Positions 20,018 through 31,576 are shown, counted from the stretch's first letter. The stretch: 64,000 nt of DNA from an uncultured delta proteobacterium (GCA_963843145.1 CAWJJC010000002.1:96001-160000); one strand, 5' to 3'. The notes: generated by a model from the sequence alone, not told the origin. Numbers and translations are program-made.

Positions 20018-20842
20018 ATGCGTAGCAGAGAACTATTGGCAGGATTCGTAATGGGCATTGTAATGGGGGTACTGTTTTCGGCGGCTGTGGTGCTGGCCGG
20101 GGGCCTGGAGCCGAGCGGAGGGCCGACTGCTGGCAGTTCGCAGATGTACACCCTGAATCAGATCTATAACCGGATCAACAACGGCACAGCCGCCACCAAG
20201 ATGACCACGTTCACGGAGCCGAGCAGCGGGCCAGCGGCCGGGACCATGCACACGTTGGATGAGATCTACAACCTGGTGGGGTTACGCGCCCCAGTTCCCA
20301 AGACCGGGCAGACCAAAACGGTGCCCTTCGCCGCCCCCTCCGGGTCCGACGGCGACCTGCAGAAGGGGGTAGCCCGGCCGAACCCTCGATTTACGGATAA
20401 CAACAACGGGACGGTGATGGACAATCTGACTGGGCTGATCTGGCTGACGAACGCCAACTGCGCCAACGCCACCAGAGACTGGCTGACCGCCTTGAGCGAT
20501 GTGGTGATGCTTAATACCGCCGGCACAATGAACGGAATAAACTGCGGCGATATCAGCAACGGCGGCAGTCATCAAATCGACTGGCGCCTGCCCAATGTCA
20601 AGGAGCTTCAGAGTCTGATCGATTATGCCTTTTACAACCCTGCTTTATCGAATACGGCCGGGACCGCGCAGTGGAAGGCGGGTGATCCGTTCACCGGCGT
20701 CCAGTCGGCTTACTACTGGTCGAGCTCTACGTACGCGGGCGATACGGGCGTCGCGTGGTACGTGGCCCTGGTCAATGGCCTTGTGGGTGGCGACGTTAAG
20801 TCGAACGCGCTCTACGTTTGGCCCGTCCGTGGTGGACAATGA
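20018..20842 (+). CDS. Exported DUF1566 (Lcl/CLec-like) domain protein, candidate DGR target
   Basis: VPKTGQT, RFTDNNNGTV.DNLTGLIW, DWRLPNVKELQSL, YWSSS, YVWPVRGG; RBS AGGAGG. Confidence 0.9.
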   Translation: MRSRELLAGFVMGIVMGVLFSAAVVLAGGLEPSGGPTAGSSQMYTLNQIYNRINNGTAATKMTTFTEPSSGPAAGTMHTLDEIYNLVGLRAPVPKTGQTKTVPFAAPSGSDGDLQKGVARPNPRFTDNNNGTVMDNLTGLIWLTNANCANATRDWLTALSDVVMLNTAGTMNGINCGDISNGGSHQIDWRLPNVKELQSLIDYAFYNPALSNTAGTAQWKAGDPFTGVQSAYYWSSSTYAGDTGVAWYVALVNGLVGGDVKSNALYVWPVRGGQ

Positions 20843-20992
20843 AGATCATTGGGGTTTTTGATTCTTTGGGTTATTTGATCTTCTATGGGGGTGCAGGGGG
20901 CTATGCCCCCGCGGAGCGGAAATTTTTGAGGTTCCGGGATGGTGTTCTCAAAAAAGTTAGCTGATCAGTATCGCAGCAAGGGAGGGATTTAG

Positions 20993-21532
20993 ATGATCTA
21001 CACAACGAAACCGATATTGGGTTTAGCATTGTTTGCGGCCGTTGTTCTGGCCCTGCTGGGTACGTACCAGACAGGTTCAGCAGCGGGAATGGACCCTGCG
21101 GCCAAATGGGCCTGGAGCACTAACGCCGGCTGGATCAATTTCAACCCGATCATCGGCGGAGATGTGGCCGTGTACGGGGATCACCTGGAAGGCTATATCT
21201 GGGCCGAGAATGTCGGCTGGATTCGATTGGGAACCCACACCGGCGGCAGCCCCTATACCTATGCCAACACCGATGCCACCAACTATGGGATCAACCGCGA
21301 TCCCACTGGCATTTTGTCCGGCTATGCCTGGGGCGCCAACGTGGGCTGGATCAACTTTGCCCCCACCGGCGGCGGGGTGACCATTGACCCCCAGACCGGA
21401 GATTTTGCCGGTTACGCTTGGGGGGAGAATATGGGCTGGATCAGTCTCAAAGGAGGTAGCGGGCCCAAAGCCTACGGGGTGGTCACCGATTTTAGCCAAA
21501 TCTTTCTGCCCCTGATCCTGAAGTCATCGTGA
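20993..21532 (+). CDS. Secreted hypothetical protein with WxxNxGWI repeats and C-terminal IFLPLILK
   Basis: Signal peptide; four AWS.NAGWI / WAENVGWI / AWGANVGWI / AWGENMGWI repeats. Confidence 0.8.
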   Translation: MIYTTKPILGLALFAAVVLALLGTYQTGSAAGMDPAAKWAWSTNAGWINFNPIIGGDVAVYGDHLEGYIWAENVGWIRLGTHTGGSPYTYANTDATNYGINRDPTGILSGYAWGANVGWINFAPTGGGVTIDPQTGDFAGYAWGENMGWISLKGGSGPKAYGVVTDFSQIFLPLILKSS

Positions 21533-21854
21533 GGATTTAGCCGTTACCATCTTTCAAACCAAACAGAGAAGCAGGCAGGGGCACAAAAGGCCCTGCTTCG
21601 TCGCACAGTTCCATGCGTAATCGTTAGATCTCGGTAGCATACCGGCAAAACATTTGTAGGTGAATTCAATGAGGCCAGAAATATTATTTAAAATTGAAGA
21701 AATTATGTATTGGTCTCTGGAGGATACTTTTCTCATTTATTGGTTTATTTTCAGGTCCCTTTTCCCGACCATCCGGCAGACTTTTTATTTGCCTTTGAAC
21801 TCTTCATAATGGGGGGACCCCCATTAACCTCCAATCCTACCAAGGAGGTACCGT

Positions 21855-22693
21855 ATGAAGACCAAAGAGGCCATTACCTTGTTCCAAACCTATCAACGGT
21901 CCAGTCATCGAAAAAGGACCCTACAGAGCTATCTGCCGATGCTCAACCAGTTCAAGGCCCTGTACGGGGAAACGGTATTTGAAAATCTTGGGTCCGATGA
22001 GGTATACCGCTTCCTGGAGAAGCCTGACCCAGGGCTTGGCCCGATCAACCCGGAGACTACGGTATGCCCAGTTAAAATCCCTTTTCAATTTTGTGATCAA
22101 CCGGTGCGATCTGGACATGAAAAACCCCTGCAATACCTCATTGCTCTCGAAAACCTTCCGGACCCCGAAACAAAGTCCCAGGAGAATTTTCGAAAAAGAG
22201 GCAATAGACGAGATCATCTACAACACCAAAAACCTCCGGGACCGGTTGATCCTGGAACTCCAGGCCGTGTGGGCTTCGGGTCGGGGAATCCTTAAAGATC
22301 AAGGTATCGGATATCTCGGAGAGGAAAATAGTCCTCCGGGAGCCGAAGTCCGGGAAGGAGGCCGAAGTGGCCTATATGCCGGAGCCTATTGCCAAGCGAT
22401 TGGAGGAATATATCCGGAACAAAAAGCTGGGGCCGGATGATCGTCTTTTTCCGGTTTCTTATTCAACGGTCAGGTCAATGATAAAAAGTCTTGGTTCCCA
22501 GCTTAAAATTTCGATCAGGCCCCATGACCTCCGGCGGCATTCAGCCACTTATGCCAGCCGGAATGGGGTCCCCCTGGAGATCGTCTCCAAGGTGATCCTG
22601 AGGCACCAGGACCTGAAGACTACCCAGGCCTATTTGGGCAAGGTGAGCGAGACGGAAGCCATCCGGTGGATGGATATCATTCACGGAAAGTAG
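21855..22693 (+). pseudogene. Tyrosine recombinase copy 1, frameshifted (+1 near 22020, -2 near 22266)
   Basis: Collinear with the intact copy at 30448; 839 vs 840 nt. Confidence 0.9.
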
Positions 22694-23276
22694 GCAGGTT
22701 AACCTTTGATTACCATTATAAATCTGGAGGTTTTGGGGGTATTTTTGGGGCGGTCTGGGAGAGGTTTTTAGGGAGACCGGGGGCTATCCGAAGAATAGCT
22801 TCCTGAAATCGTGACCTTTTTGCGATTTTAAAAATATCAGAAGAGTACAAGGCGTAATCGACGATAAATGGGTCTTGATCTTTATCGCCCTCGGAAATGG
22901 CAACAAGGCATGGGTTAAACCAAATTATTAACGGTCTCATAATTGTATTTACACGGGGTGTTCTTTTTATCTCTCGCCCGCTTGGCTCGAGTTCGCCGAG
23001 GGCGCAGAGAAAGACGAATTTCCTTTTTGAAAAATCGCGGAGACGCCGATTTTCCAAAAGAACTCACGCCTCAGGCGGGGTCTTATTCGCGGAGCGGGAG
23101 ATTTTGTCTTTGGTTGTGGCTGGGCGGCGTTAAGAAATCCTGTCAATATTATTTTGAGACCGTTAATAAGTATATTGGGCAAAGTAGGCTAAATAAAAAT
23201 TAGATATCAGCAAGAAAGGTATAATGTTCAGCCTTCCAAGCACAATAAACTTAAGTGGTTACGTTTAGGTGTATTT

Positions 23277-25136
23277 CCTAAATCCACCACCTAATTTTTG
23301 ACAGATCGATATTCCTATTTTTAAATGCTATTTTTACTGGCGGTTAAAGCCTATGGCCCCGGAGGAGGCCCTGCTTGCTCAATTATTTATAAAAAAACAA
23401 CCTCCATTAGCTCGGTGGGCACAAGAATGGGCGCATTTCATCCTTTTCCTGGAAAATTACCCTGACCATCACCAAACGAATCCTTTTAGGTTAATTGGGT
23501 GCCCAATTACCCTGAGGACACCGGATCAAGGGCCATGATCCGGCCTCTGGCCTCCAGAAGAAGATCAAACGCCGGATGTCCTTTCACCAACCGAATGATC
23601 AATTCTCGGGAACGTTCAACAATGCGCCCGGGTAGGTTAATAAACGAAAACCGAATCGCCTTCATTCGCTTGGATACCCAGGACTTCCCTAAAACCAACT
23701 GCTTCATGACGCTATTAAGGTTCAAGGCCAAAATCATGATCCAAAACCAGGCGGCATTCTCACCAAAATCACCAGAAGGTAATTGCCCTCCGGCCAAATC
23801 TCCTTTCATTACCGAATGGGCCTCCTCGGACTTCCCACAACGCTTTCGATGCCAGTCAATCAAGGCCCCCCCCATCCCAATTCATGTTCGTCACCACCCC
23901 GAAAAGCTTGTACCCTTGCCTGCCCATTTGCATCGTCGGAAAAGGTAACGACTGCTGTAATGCGGCCATCCCTGGCAGCGTCATCGACCCCATCCCCTCC
24001 CGGATGGCCAAGTACCGATACACCGGGGACTTCTTACTATAGCCCATCTTTCCGGGAACAAAACAAACCTCGGCCCATTCCTGATTCGTCTTGATCCGAT
24101 ACCCTTCCGACCTCCTTGTAAATCACCTTCCATTCTGATTCCTCTACTTCCAAAACCGCCCTCTTAAACTCCGGGGTCACATCACAGCCAATCGCAAACT
24201 CGATCCGACCAAATCGCTCCTCCTTCCCTTCTTCACAGTATCGGAGTAGCTCATGCTGATATCCCGCCGTGTCGGAACGTAATCGGACTTTCTCAACCCC
24301 TTCCGGCAGTAAAGCCAACGCCTCCTTCAATGACCCGCAATTGCTCATATCCCGCCGGAACATTCCCATCCCGAAACTCCGTATGCAAGACCATCTCCTG
24401 TTCCGCCCACCAGGTGTTCAATGGCTGGTAGGCTTTGTATCCTTTGTAGCCATATAAAGCCTCCCGCTTCGCCGTCTCCACCAAGGTCGCATCCTGATCC
24501 AGCGTCGCTACCTTTTGGGGATTCTGCTTCTGCATAAAATCAACCATTTCTCCGTTCACCTTCTCTAATCCCCTCAGAGCCTCATTCTTGACCGGTATGA
24601 ACGCCTTCCCCTCCACTCGTTTCTTCTCTTGCTCCGCATCGTGAAATAATGACAAATATCGAAAAACTGCAGAGGCGGAAGGCACCGTTCGTCTCCGTTC
24701 CTTTCGCCAACGACGCTCCGCCTCCCGTCTCTCCTGTCGTTTCATCCCTTTGTGTTCTATTCGCCTTAATACCTGACAAAATCCATCATCCCCCTCCAAC
24801 CGGCGTAAATCCTCCACACAATCCCCGCCCGCAAGATTCATCAATATCAACGAGAGTACCGTCTGGGCATCCGTCCAGCCTTGCTTCTTTAGGTGTAAAT
24901 GCCTCTCTATGCTGCCCGCCTATCCCCATCACCGAAGCTAAATCCAGATAAACCGGCAATCCCCCCAACGCCGTCATCCCCGTCTCTTTCTTCTCTTCTT
25001 CGTACTTGAATGAGAGAACTCCTTGTGTCATACTGCCTTCACCTCGTTGATGATAGTTTTTTCTTGTAAAAAAACTCTATCACCTCGTTCCATCGAGATC
25101 AACGAGGTTTTATATTTTTTTGATGGTGAATTAAGG
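23277..25136 (-). mobile_element. IS1380-family insertion sequence with frameshifted transposase (about 25031-23507)
   Basis: Imperfect TIRs CCTAAATCCACCACC / CCTTAATTCACCATC, 5-bp flanking duplication TATTT (23272-76, 25137-41); TLDQDAT, RSDTAGY, R.RCGKSEE.H, LPSGDFGENAAW. Confidence 0.9.
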
Positions 25137-25231
25137 TATTTTTGCTTTTATTGAATATGCTGAAACTTTCTGATATTATCCAGGAAACCGTTCAATGAAT
25201 TGGGCGTCGTTAACTAGAAAGGGAGTGAATC

Positions 25232-26102
25232 GTGATTCGTCAGACCATCCTTATCATCGCGTGGGTTCTCGTCAGCGCTGTCCCAGGATTGCTCGCTGCA
25301 GATTTGAACCCTCCAATTCTTCGTACTTCACAGTTCGATCAGCAATGGCTTGACACCGTCGTATCAATTGAACGACAGGTCGAAAAAAAAATGGTTCCGA
25401 TCGGTACTGGCTTCATCGTAGCGACTGCTCGTAAGCACCTACTCCTTGTCACCGCGAAGCACGTCGTTAAAGACGAAAAGGGAGGATTTCGGGGTGATCT
25501 CTTTTATCGCCTAAATCGAGCTGGCGGCTCTAGCCAACAGCTAAAGGATGCTGATCTCGTCAAAGCTGGCATAGGCGCTTGGTTCGAGTCCCCCAAAATG
25601 ATGTTGCAGTCCGCTTCTTGCCCATTGTCCAGGGCGCGTCGGTGAAAGCGATACCCCCTTGACCGCTTTATCGAACAAACACAGGTCGAGGCTGGGGCTC
25701 CGCTGGTGGCGCTTGGATTCCCAATGGGGCTACGCTCTCTGGATCATGCCTTGCCGATCGCCCGTCGGGGGATGATCGGGCCGCGCGGGCTCCAATTCGC
25801 TCCTGGCAGACCTCTTTATCTTTCCCGGAAACAGTGGCGGGCCTGTGCTGTATGTGCCAGCATTCAAGACCGGTGGGGTCTCCTTTGGCGAGGGGGTCGT
25901 TCATAACGAGATGCTCGTCGGCATTGTGTTGTCGTTCATCCCGTACCGAGATGTTGCGGTAAGCGAGCAAACTAAGCGTCCCAGGGTCGTGTTCGAAGAG
26001 AATTCGGGCTTGGCAAACCTGGTACCAGCGTGGGTCTTGAAACGGTTCATCACGACGGGATCTGTCGACTCTCTCGATCAGCAACTCGGCCTACCGAAGT
26101 AG
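25232..26102 (+). pseudogene. Secreted trypsin-like serine protease, split by frameshifts
   Basis: Signal peptide, IGTGFIV, VTAKHVV, LGFPMG and FPGNSGGPV distributed over three frames. Confidence 0.8.
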
Positions 26103-26558
26103 GTCCCCCGCCAACCAGCAAATGAACCCGATAAGCAACCACGGGGCAAGTCTCCCGATTTTATCCCAAAGTTCTTAGCCGTGGTTGCTTGCGGGTTATC
26201 CGCCCGCTACTCTAACTTTCAAACCGCAATCATTAAATTTCAGTTCAGTTCCTGATCAACATTTGTAGGTGTGTAGGTGTACAGAGAAATTATGGGGTGA
26301 GGAGGCAGTTTTTTGAGGGATATCAAGATGTTCTTCCTGAAGTCATGTTTTTGATGAATGGGCCATTTTGGAAGACTTCAAACGAAAAGTGTTGCTCGAA
26401 CTCCCACCTTGCTCTTCCCACCCAACGAAATTAAAGTCCTACTTACGAGGCAAAAAATAGTGTATACTTCTGTTCATTCTAAGTTCATAACAATCGAATA
26501 ACCCTCTTCCAGTTTTGCCACTACACTTTTAGGGAGGGCACACAGATGAGAGATTTCT

Positions 26559-26595
26559 GGAAACCCCGTTTCTCAAACGAGAGGCGGGGTTTTTT
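26559..26595 (+). terminator. Terminator-like hairpin upstream of module 3 cargo
   Basis: AAACCCCGTTTCTC-AAAC-GAGAGGCGGGGTTTTTT. Confidence 0.72.
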
Positions 26596-26610
26596 GCTGG
26601 AGGGTTTATT

Positions 26611-29600
26611 TTGATTTGTCCCAAGTGTCGAACCGACCTTCCTGAGGGGGCAAATTTCTGCCTGAAGTGTGGGCATGACCTTAAGGCAGACACTGCTGCT
26701 CCCGAACCTCACCACGCTCCTGAAGCTGAGCGCAAGCACGTTACCGTCCTGTTCTCGGATCTCACCGGTTACACGGCCCTGACGGAGAAGTTTGACCCCG
26801 AGCAGGTCAAGCAAATAACCGGACACATCTTCACCAGGGTCAAAGAGATCGTTGCCAATTACGAGGGCTTCATTGATCGATTGATGGGTGACGGGGTGCT
26901 GGCCTTTTTCGGAATCCCGAAGGCCCACGAAGACGACCCGGGCCGGGCCGTTCAGGCCGCCATCGAGATCCATGCCTTCGTCAAAGGGCTCAGTCCCCAA
27001 TACGAAAGCCGCATCGGGGTTCCCCTGTCCATGCACAGTGGGATCAATACTGGTCTGGTGGTGACGGCCGAGGTGGACCTTGAGAAAGGTTCCCAGGAGG
27101 TAACGGGGGAGGCGGTCAACCTGGCCGCGCGCCTCAGCGGTCTGGCCAAACCCGGTGAAATCCTGGCGGGTGAGGAGACGGTGCGGCGGACCAGAGGGCG
27201 GTTCGAGTTTCAGGACCTGGGGGCCAAACGGGTCAAAGGGAAGGCCGAACCGGTTATCGTATTTAGGCTGATTTCCGCCAGAGCTCAAACGCAAAGCCTG
27301 GATCGCCAAGTCTCTTCCGTCATGGTGGGTCGGGACCAGGAGTTGAACCGGCTTGAGTTGCAGGTGATGAAGTCCATCAACGGTGAAGGGTCGGTGGTGA
27401 ATATCATAGGGGAAGCGGGCATCGGGAAATCCCGCCTCATGGCCGAGCTGCGCCAGCGCGAGGTTATACAAAAAGTCATCCTCCAGGAAGGCCGGGCCAT
27501 CTCCATCGGCCGGAACCTGAGTTTTCACCCCTTCATCTATCTGTTGAAACAGTGGGCCAGGATCTCCGAAGAGGACTCGGAAGGCTGCCGCCTTCGACAA
27601 GCTGGACCGGACCATCCGGTCGATCCACCCGGAAGAGGCCGATGAAATACTGCCCTTCGTGGCCACCCTCATGAGCATGAAGCTGAAGGGGAAATACTGC
27701 TGAACGAGTCCGGGGAATCGAAGGCGAGGCCCTGGAGAAGCTGATCTTCAAAAACCTCCGCGAGTTGCTCATCCAGGGGAGCGAACAAACCCCGCTGGTC
27801 ATCGTCATGGAGGACCTGCATTGGGCCGATACAAGCTCCCTTTTACTCCTGCAATCCCTCCTCCGCCTGACCGAGAAACATCGGATTCTCTTCATCAACC
27901 TGTTCCGGCCCGGCTACTGGCAGGGAGAGGACGGGTCCATGGAAAAGATCGGCGACCTGCTGCCCAAACACTACGTGGAGCTGAAAATCCAGCCCCTGGA
28001 CCCGCAGGCCGGCGAGGCCCTCATTGCCAACCTGCTGAACATCCCGGGGCTGCCCTATTCCCTCCGACAGCAGATCATCGAACGGAGCGGCGGCAACCCC
28101 TTTTTTATCGAAGAAGTGGCCCGCTCCCTGATCGAAGACGGGGCCATCATCCGTTCCGGCGAGTCCTTTGAAGTGACTGATAAGATCACCTCGGTAGTGG
28201 TCCCCTCGACCATCAACGATGTGCTGATCGCTCGGATCGACCGCTTGGAAGAACAGACCCGGGAGTTGGTCAAAACGGCCGCGGTGATCGGACGGAGTTT
28301 CTTCGACCGGATCATCAGGGATGTGGCCGCTTCGATCGACGGGCTGGACCATCGACTGGGCTACCTCAAGGATACCCAACTGATCCGGGACCGGGTGCGG
28401 ATGGAAGAGTTGGAGTATTTCTTCAAACACGCCCTTGCCCAGGAGGCGGCCTACGAATCCACCCTCATCCAGCAGCGCAAGGGCTTGCATCTCAAGGTGG
28501 CGAAGTCTATAGAAAAGGTCTTCCAAGAGAGACTCCACGAGTTCTACGGCCTGTTGGCCTTTCACTACGGGAAAGGGGAAGACCTGGAAAAGACGGAAGA
28601 ATACATGGCCAAGGCCGGGGAGGAAGCCCTGTGGGCGTCCGCCTCCAGTGAGGCCCTGCACTACTACCAGGAGGCTTTGAGACTCTATGTGAACAAACAG
28701 GGCCAGGCCGCCGACCCGGAAAAGCTGGCCCAGTACGAGAAAAACATTGCCATTGCCCTGGCCAGTAAAGGGCAGCTTGTCGAATCCGTCAAATACTTCG
28801 AAAAGGTGCTGGACCGCTGGGGGGCGCCACTGCCAAAAAAAGGCCTGGCCGCTATGGTTAGACTCATCGGTGATTTTTTGGTTATTATCAAGGCGCTCTA
28901 TATTGGTCAGCACCGAACCAGGAAGGCGCTTAACGAAAGGGAAAACGAAATATTAGAGTGCTCCTGGAGAGTCGCCACAGCGCTCAGCTATTTCGATGTT
29001 TTCCAGTATATGAAGGTTTCCATGGGCACTATGAAGAGACACATTAGAACCGGCATTTCAACCCTGCCTAATGGATGGAACGCTTGGGTGGCAATATCCG
29101 GGGCTTTTTTATGGCTTTCCTTTAAGCTCAGTAACCGGATGCTGGAGATCTCACAACGGCTTGGGAAGGCGGTAGATATCGGAGGCCGAATTCATTTTGC
29201 TTGCTGGAGCACTTTTAACCAGCACTGTCAGGGAACCTGGGACCAGATCAAGGAGATGGATAGAGATTTATTGGATTCTTCGCTTGGAATTGGAGAATTC
29301 TATAACTATGGAACCTATTTGTGGTCTTATGGCGTGGTTAAAGGGGAACAGGGGGAGTTTAAGGAGGTGCTGCAGATAATTGAAACTTTATTCAATAGCT
29401 GGTCAGTCCTATGACAAAAGCGAAATTACGTTAAATGCCATAGGCCTGAAAATAGATTTTTTGGTCCGGAAGAGGGTGGCCTATGATTTCCTGTATGGAA
29501 GCTGATCAGTTTTTTCTATATGCCCGCGAAAAAGGGACCGAACTCCATGAGCTTGGGGGGCATGGCATTCAAGGCTGAATCCCAGATACTACTCAGCGAT

Positions 29601-30164
29601 TGGGACGGGGCCAACGAATCGCTGTCACAAGCCAAGGCGATTTATGATAGGCAGAAGCGGATCATCCCTGTTGCCGCTGCCCCTTATCTTGCGGCACATC
29701 TATTGTTTAATATCCATCGCTTGGAACAGGCTGTCCTTTCGGGGGATTCCTCGAACCTGGCTCCTATCCGCAAGCAGGCCTATCAGTCCGGCCAAGCAGC
29801 GGTCCGAAATTCACGCAAATACGCCCCTTACCGGACCAAGATCTTCAGACTGATGGGGCGCTACTACTGGCTGGTCGGCAAGCAGCGCCAGGCGCTTAAG
29901 TGGTGGGCGCGGACCATCCGGGAAGGCGAACGACTCGGGGCACGCCCCGATCTGGCCCGCACCTATTTTGAGGTGGGCAAATCCCTGATAGAACCTCAAA
30001 GCAACTACCGGGAACTCAACGGCCTCAGCGCCCAAGAATATCTGGACAAGGCCGAGAAGCTGTTCCGGGAGATGGACCTCCAATGGGACTTGGAGCAACT
30101 GGAACGGGTGGGCAGTGCGTGGTTAGACTTCGAGTCCGGCAGCAAACAGATTCTTGCACGCTGA
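26611..30164 (+). pseudogene. Zinc ribbon + class III adenylate/guanylate cyclase + AAA ATPase + TPR protein, split into several frames
   Basis: CPKC..CLKCG; VLFSDLTGYT, MGDGVLAFFG, GEAVNLAARL; GEAGIGKS, MEDLHWAD, GNPFFIEE, FKHALAQEAAY. Confidence 0.88.
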
Positions 30165-30447
30165 AAAAGAATTGCGATTAATGAACCCTTAAGGATGATG
30201 AACATTTTTAACCGTAATCGTTGAATCTTGTGTTCGGTAAAAAACAACAGTTGTAGGTGCATTCAACGAAACCTTAAATATAAAGTAAAATTAGTTATTT
30301 AAGAAAATGACCTTTGAGGGATTCCCGTTTTTTAGGTTATATTTGCCGGGTCATTTTCAGACCATACCTCAGCCTTTTTATTTGCCTTTGAAATCCTCAT
30401 AATGGGGGGACCCCCATTAACCTCCAACCCCACCGAGGAGGTGCCGT

Positions 30448-31287
30448 ATGAAGACCAAAGAGGCTATTACCTTGTTCCAAACCTATCAGCGGTCCAGTCA
30501 CCGGAAAAGGACCCTTCAGAGCTATCTGCCGATGCTCAACCAGTTCAAGGCCCTGTACGGGGATACGGTATTCGAAAATCTCGGGTCTGATGAGGTATAC
30601 CGCTTCCTGGAGAGCCTGACCCAGGGTTTGGCCCGATCAACCCGTAGACTCCGGTATGCCCAGCTCAAGTCCCTTTTCAATTTTGTCATCAACCGGTGCG
30701 ACCTGGACATGAAAAACCCCTGCAACACCTCGCTGCTCTCCAAGACCTTCCGGACCCCGAAACAGAGCCCCAGGAGAATTTTCGAAAAAGAGGCGATCCA
30801 TGAGATTATCTACAACACCAAAAACCTCCGAGACCGGTTGATCCTGGAACTCCAGGCTCGCTGTGGGCTTCGGGTCGGGGAGTCTTTAAAGATCAAGGTA
30901 TCGGATATCTCGGAGAGGAAAATAGTCCTCCGGGAGCCGAAGTCCGGGAAAGATGCCGAGGTGGCCTATATGCCGGAGCCGATTGCCAAGCGTTTGGAGG
31001 AATATGTCCGAACCCAAAAACTGGGGCCGGATGATCGTCTTTTCCCGGTTTCTTATTCAACGGTCAGGTCATTGATCAAAAGCCTTGGGTCCCAGCTTAA
31101 AATTTCGATCAGGCCCCATGACCTCCGGCGGCATTCGGCCACTTATGCCAGTCGAAATGGGGTCCCCTTGGAGATTGTCTCCAAGGTCATTTTGAGGCAC
31201 CAGGACTTGAAGACCACCCAGGCCTATTTGGGCAGGGTGAGCGAGACGGAAGCCATCCGGTGGATGGACATCATTCACGGGAAGTAG
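30448..31287 (+). CDS. Tyrosine recombinase copy 2, intact, 279 aa
   Basis: Catalytic set GLRVGE, KSGK, PHDLRRH, LRHQDLKTTQAY; RBS GGAGGT. Confidence 0.95.
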   Translation: MKTKEAITLFQTYQRSSHRKRTLQSYLPMLNQFKALYGDTVFENLGSDEVYRFLESLTQGLARSTRRLRYAQLKSLFNFVINRCDLDMKNPCNTSLLSKTFRTPKQSPRRIFEKEAIHEIIYNTKNLRDRLILELQARCGLRVGESLKIKVSDISERKIVLREPKSGKDAEVAYMPEPIAKRLEEYVRTQKLGPDDRLFPVSYSTVRSLIKSLGSQLKISIRPHDLRRHSATYASRNGVPLEIVSKVILRHQDLKTTQAYLGRVSETEAIRWMDIIHGK

Positions 31288-31547
31288 GCAGGTTAACCTG
31301 TTGATTACCATTATAAATATGGAGGTTTTGGGGGTGTTTTTGAGGCGGCCTGGTGGAGGTTTTTAGGGAGACCGGGGGCTATCCGAAGAATAGCTTCCTG
31401 TAGTTTTGTTTTAGAATTATGGCCTGACCTGCCAGATTTCAAACGAAAATTATTAGTCATCACCCAAATAGACACGGTGAAGGTATCCCCAGCTTTTTTC
31501 CACGAGCCTATCCCTACCAGGATCAATAAAATACTCTTTTTGCCTTA

Positions 31548-31576
31548 TTGACATTGAGTCTTTCCCGATCAATAAT
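31548..31576 (+). promoter_or_regulatory. Putative sigma70 promoter inside module 4
   Basis: TTGACA-17nt-AATAAT. Confidence 0.55.

Noticed and set aside
21553-21630. attC-like site ending in GTTAGAT
   Set aside because: No complementary RYYYAAC; the GTTAG is part of the right-end box and the hairpin is better read as a terminator.
23262-23273. TTTAGGTGTA as a sixth right end next to the IS
   Set aside because: Core mismatch, upstream TAAT offset by 5 nt, and no left end 52-53 nt downstream after removing the IS.
23446-25187. CCTGGAAAAT / ATTATCCAGG as the IS1380 ends
   Set aside because: The 23277/25136 pair matches over a longer stretch and has a perfect 5-bp target duplication.
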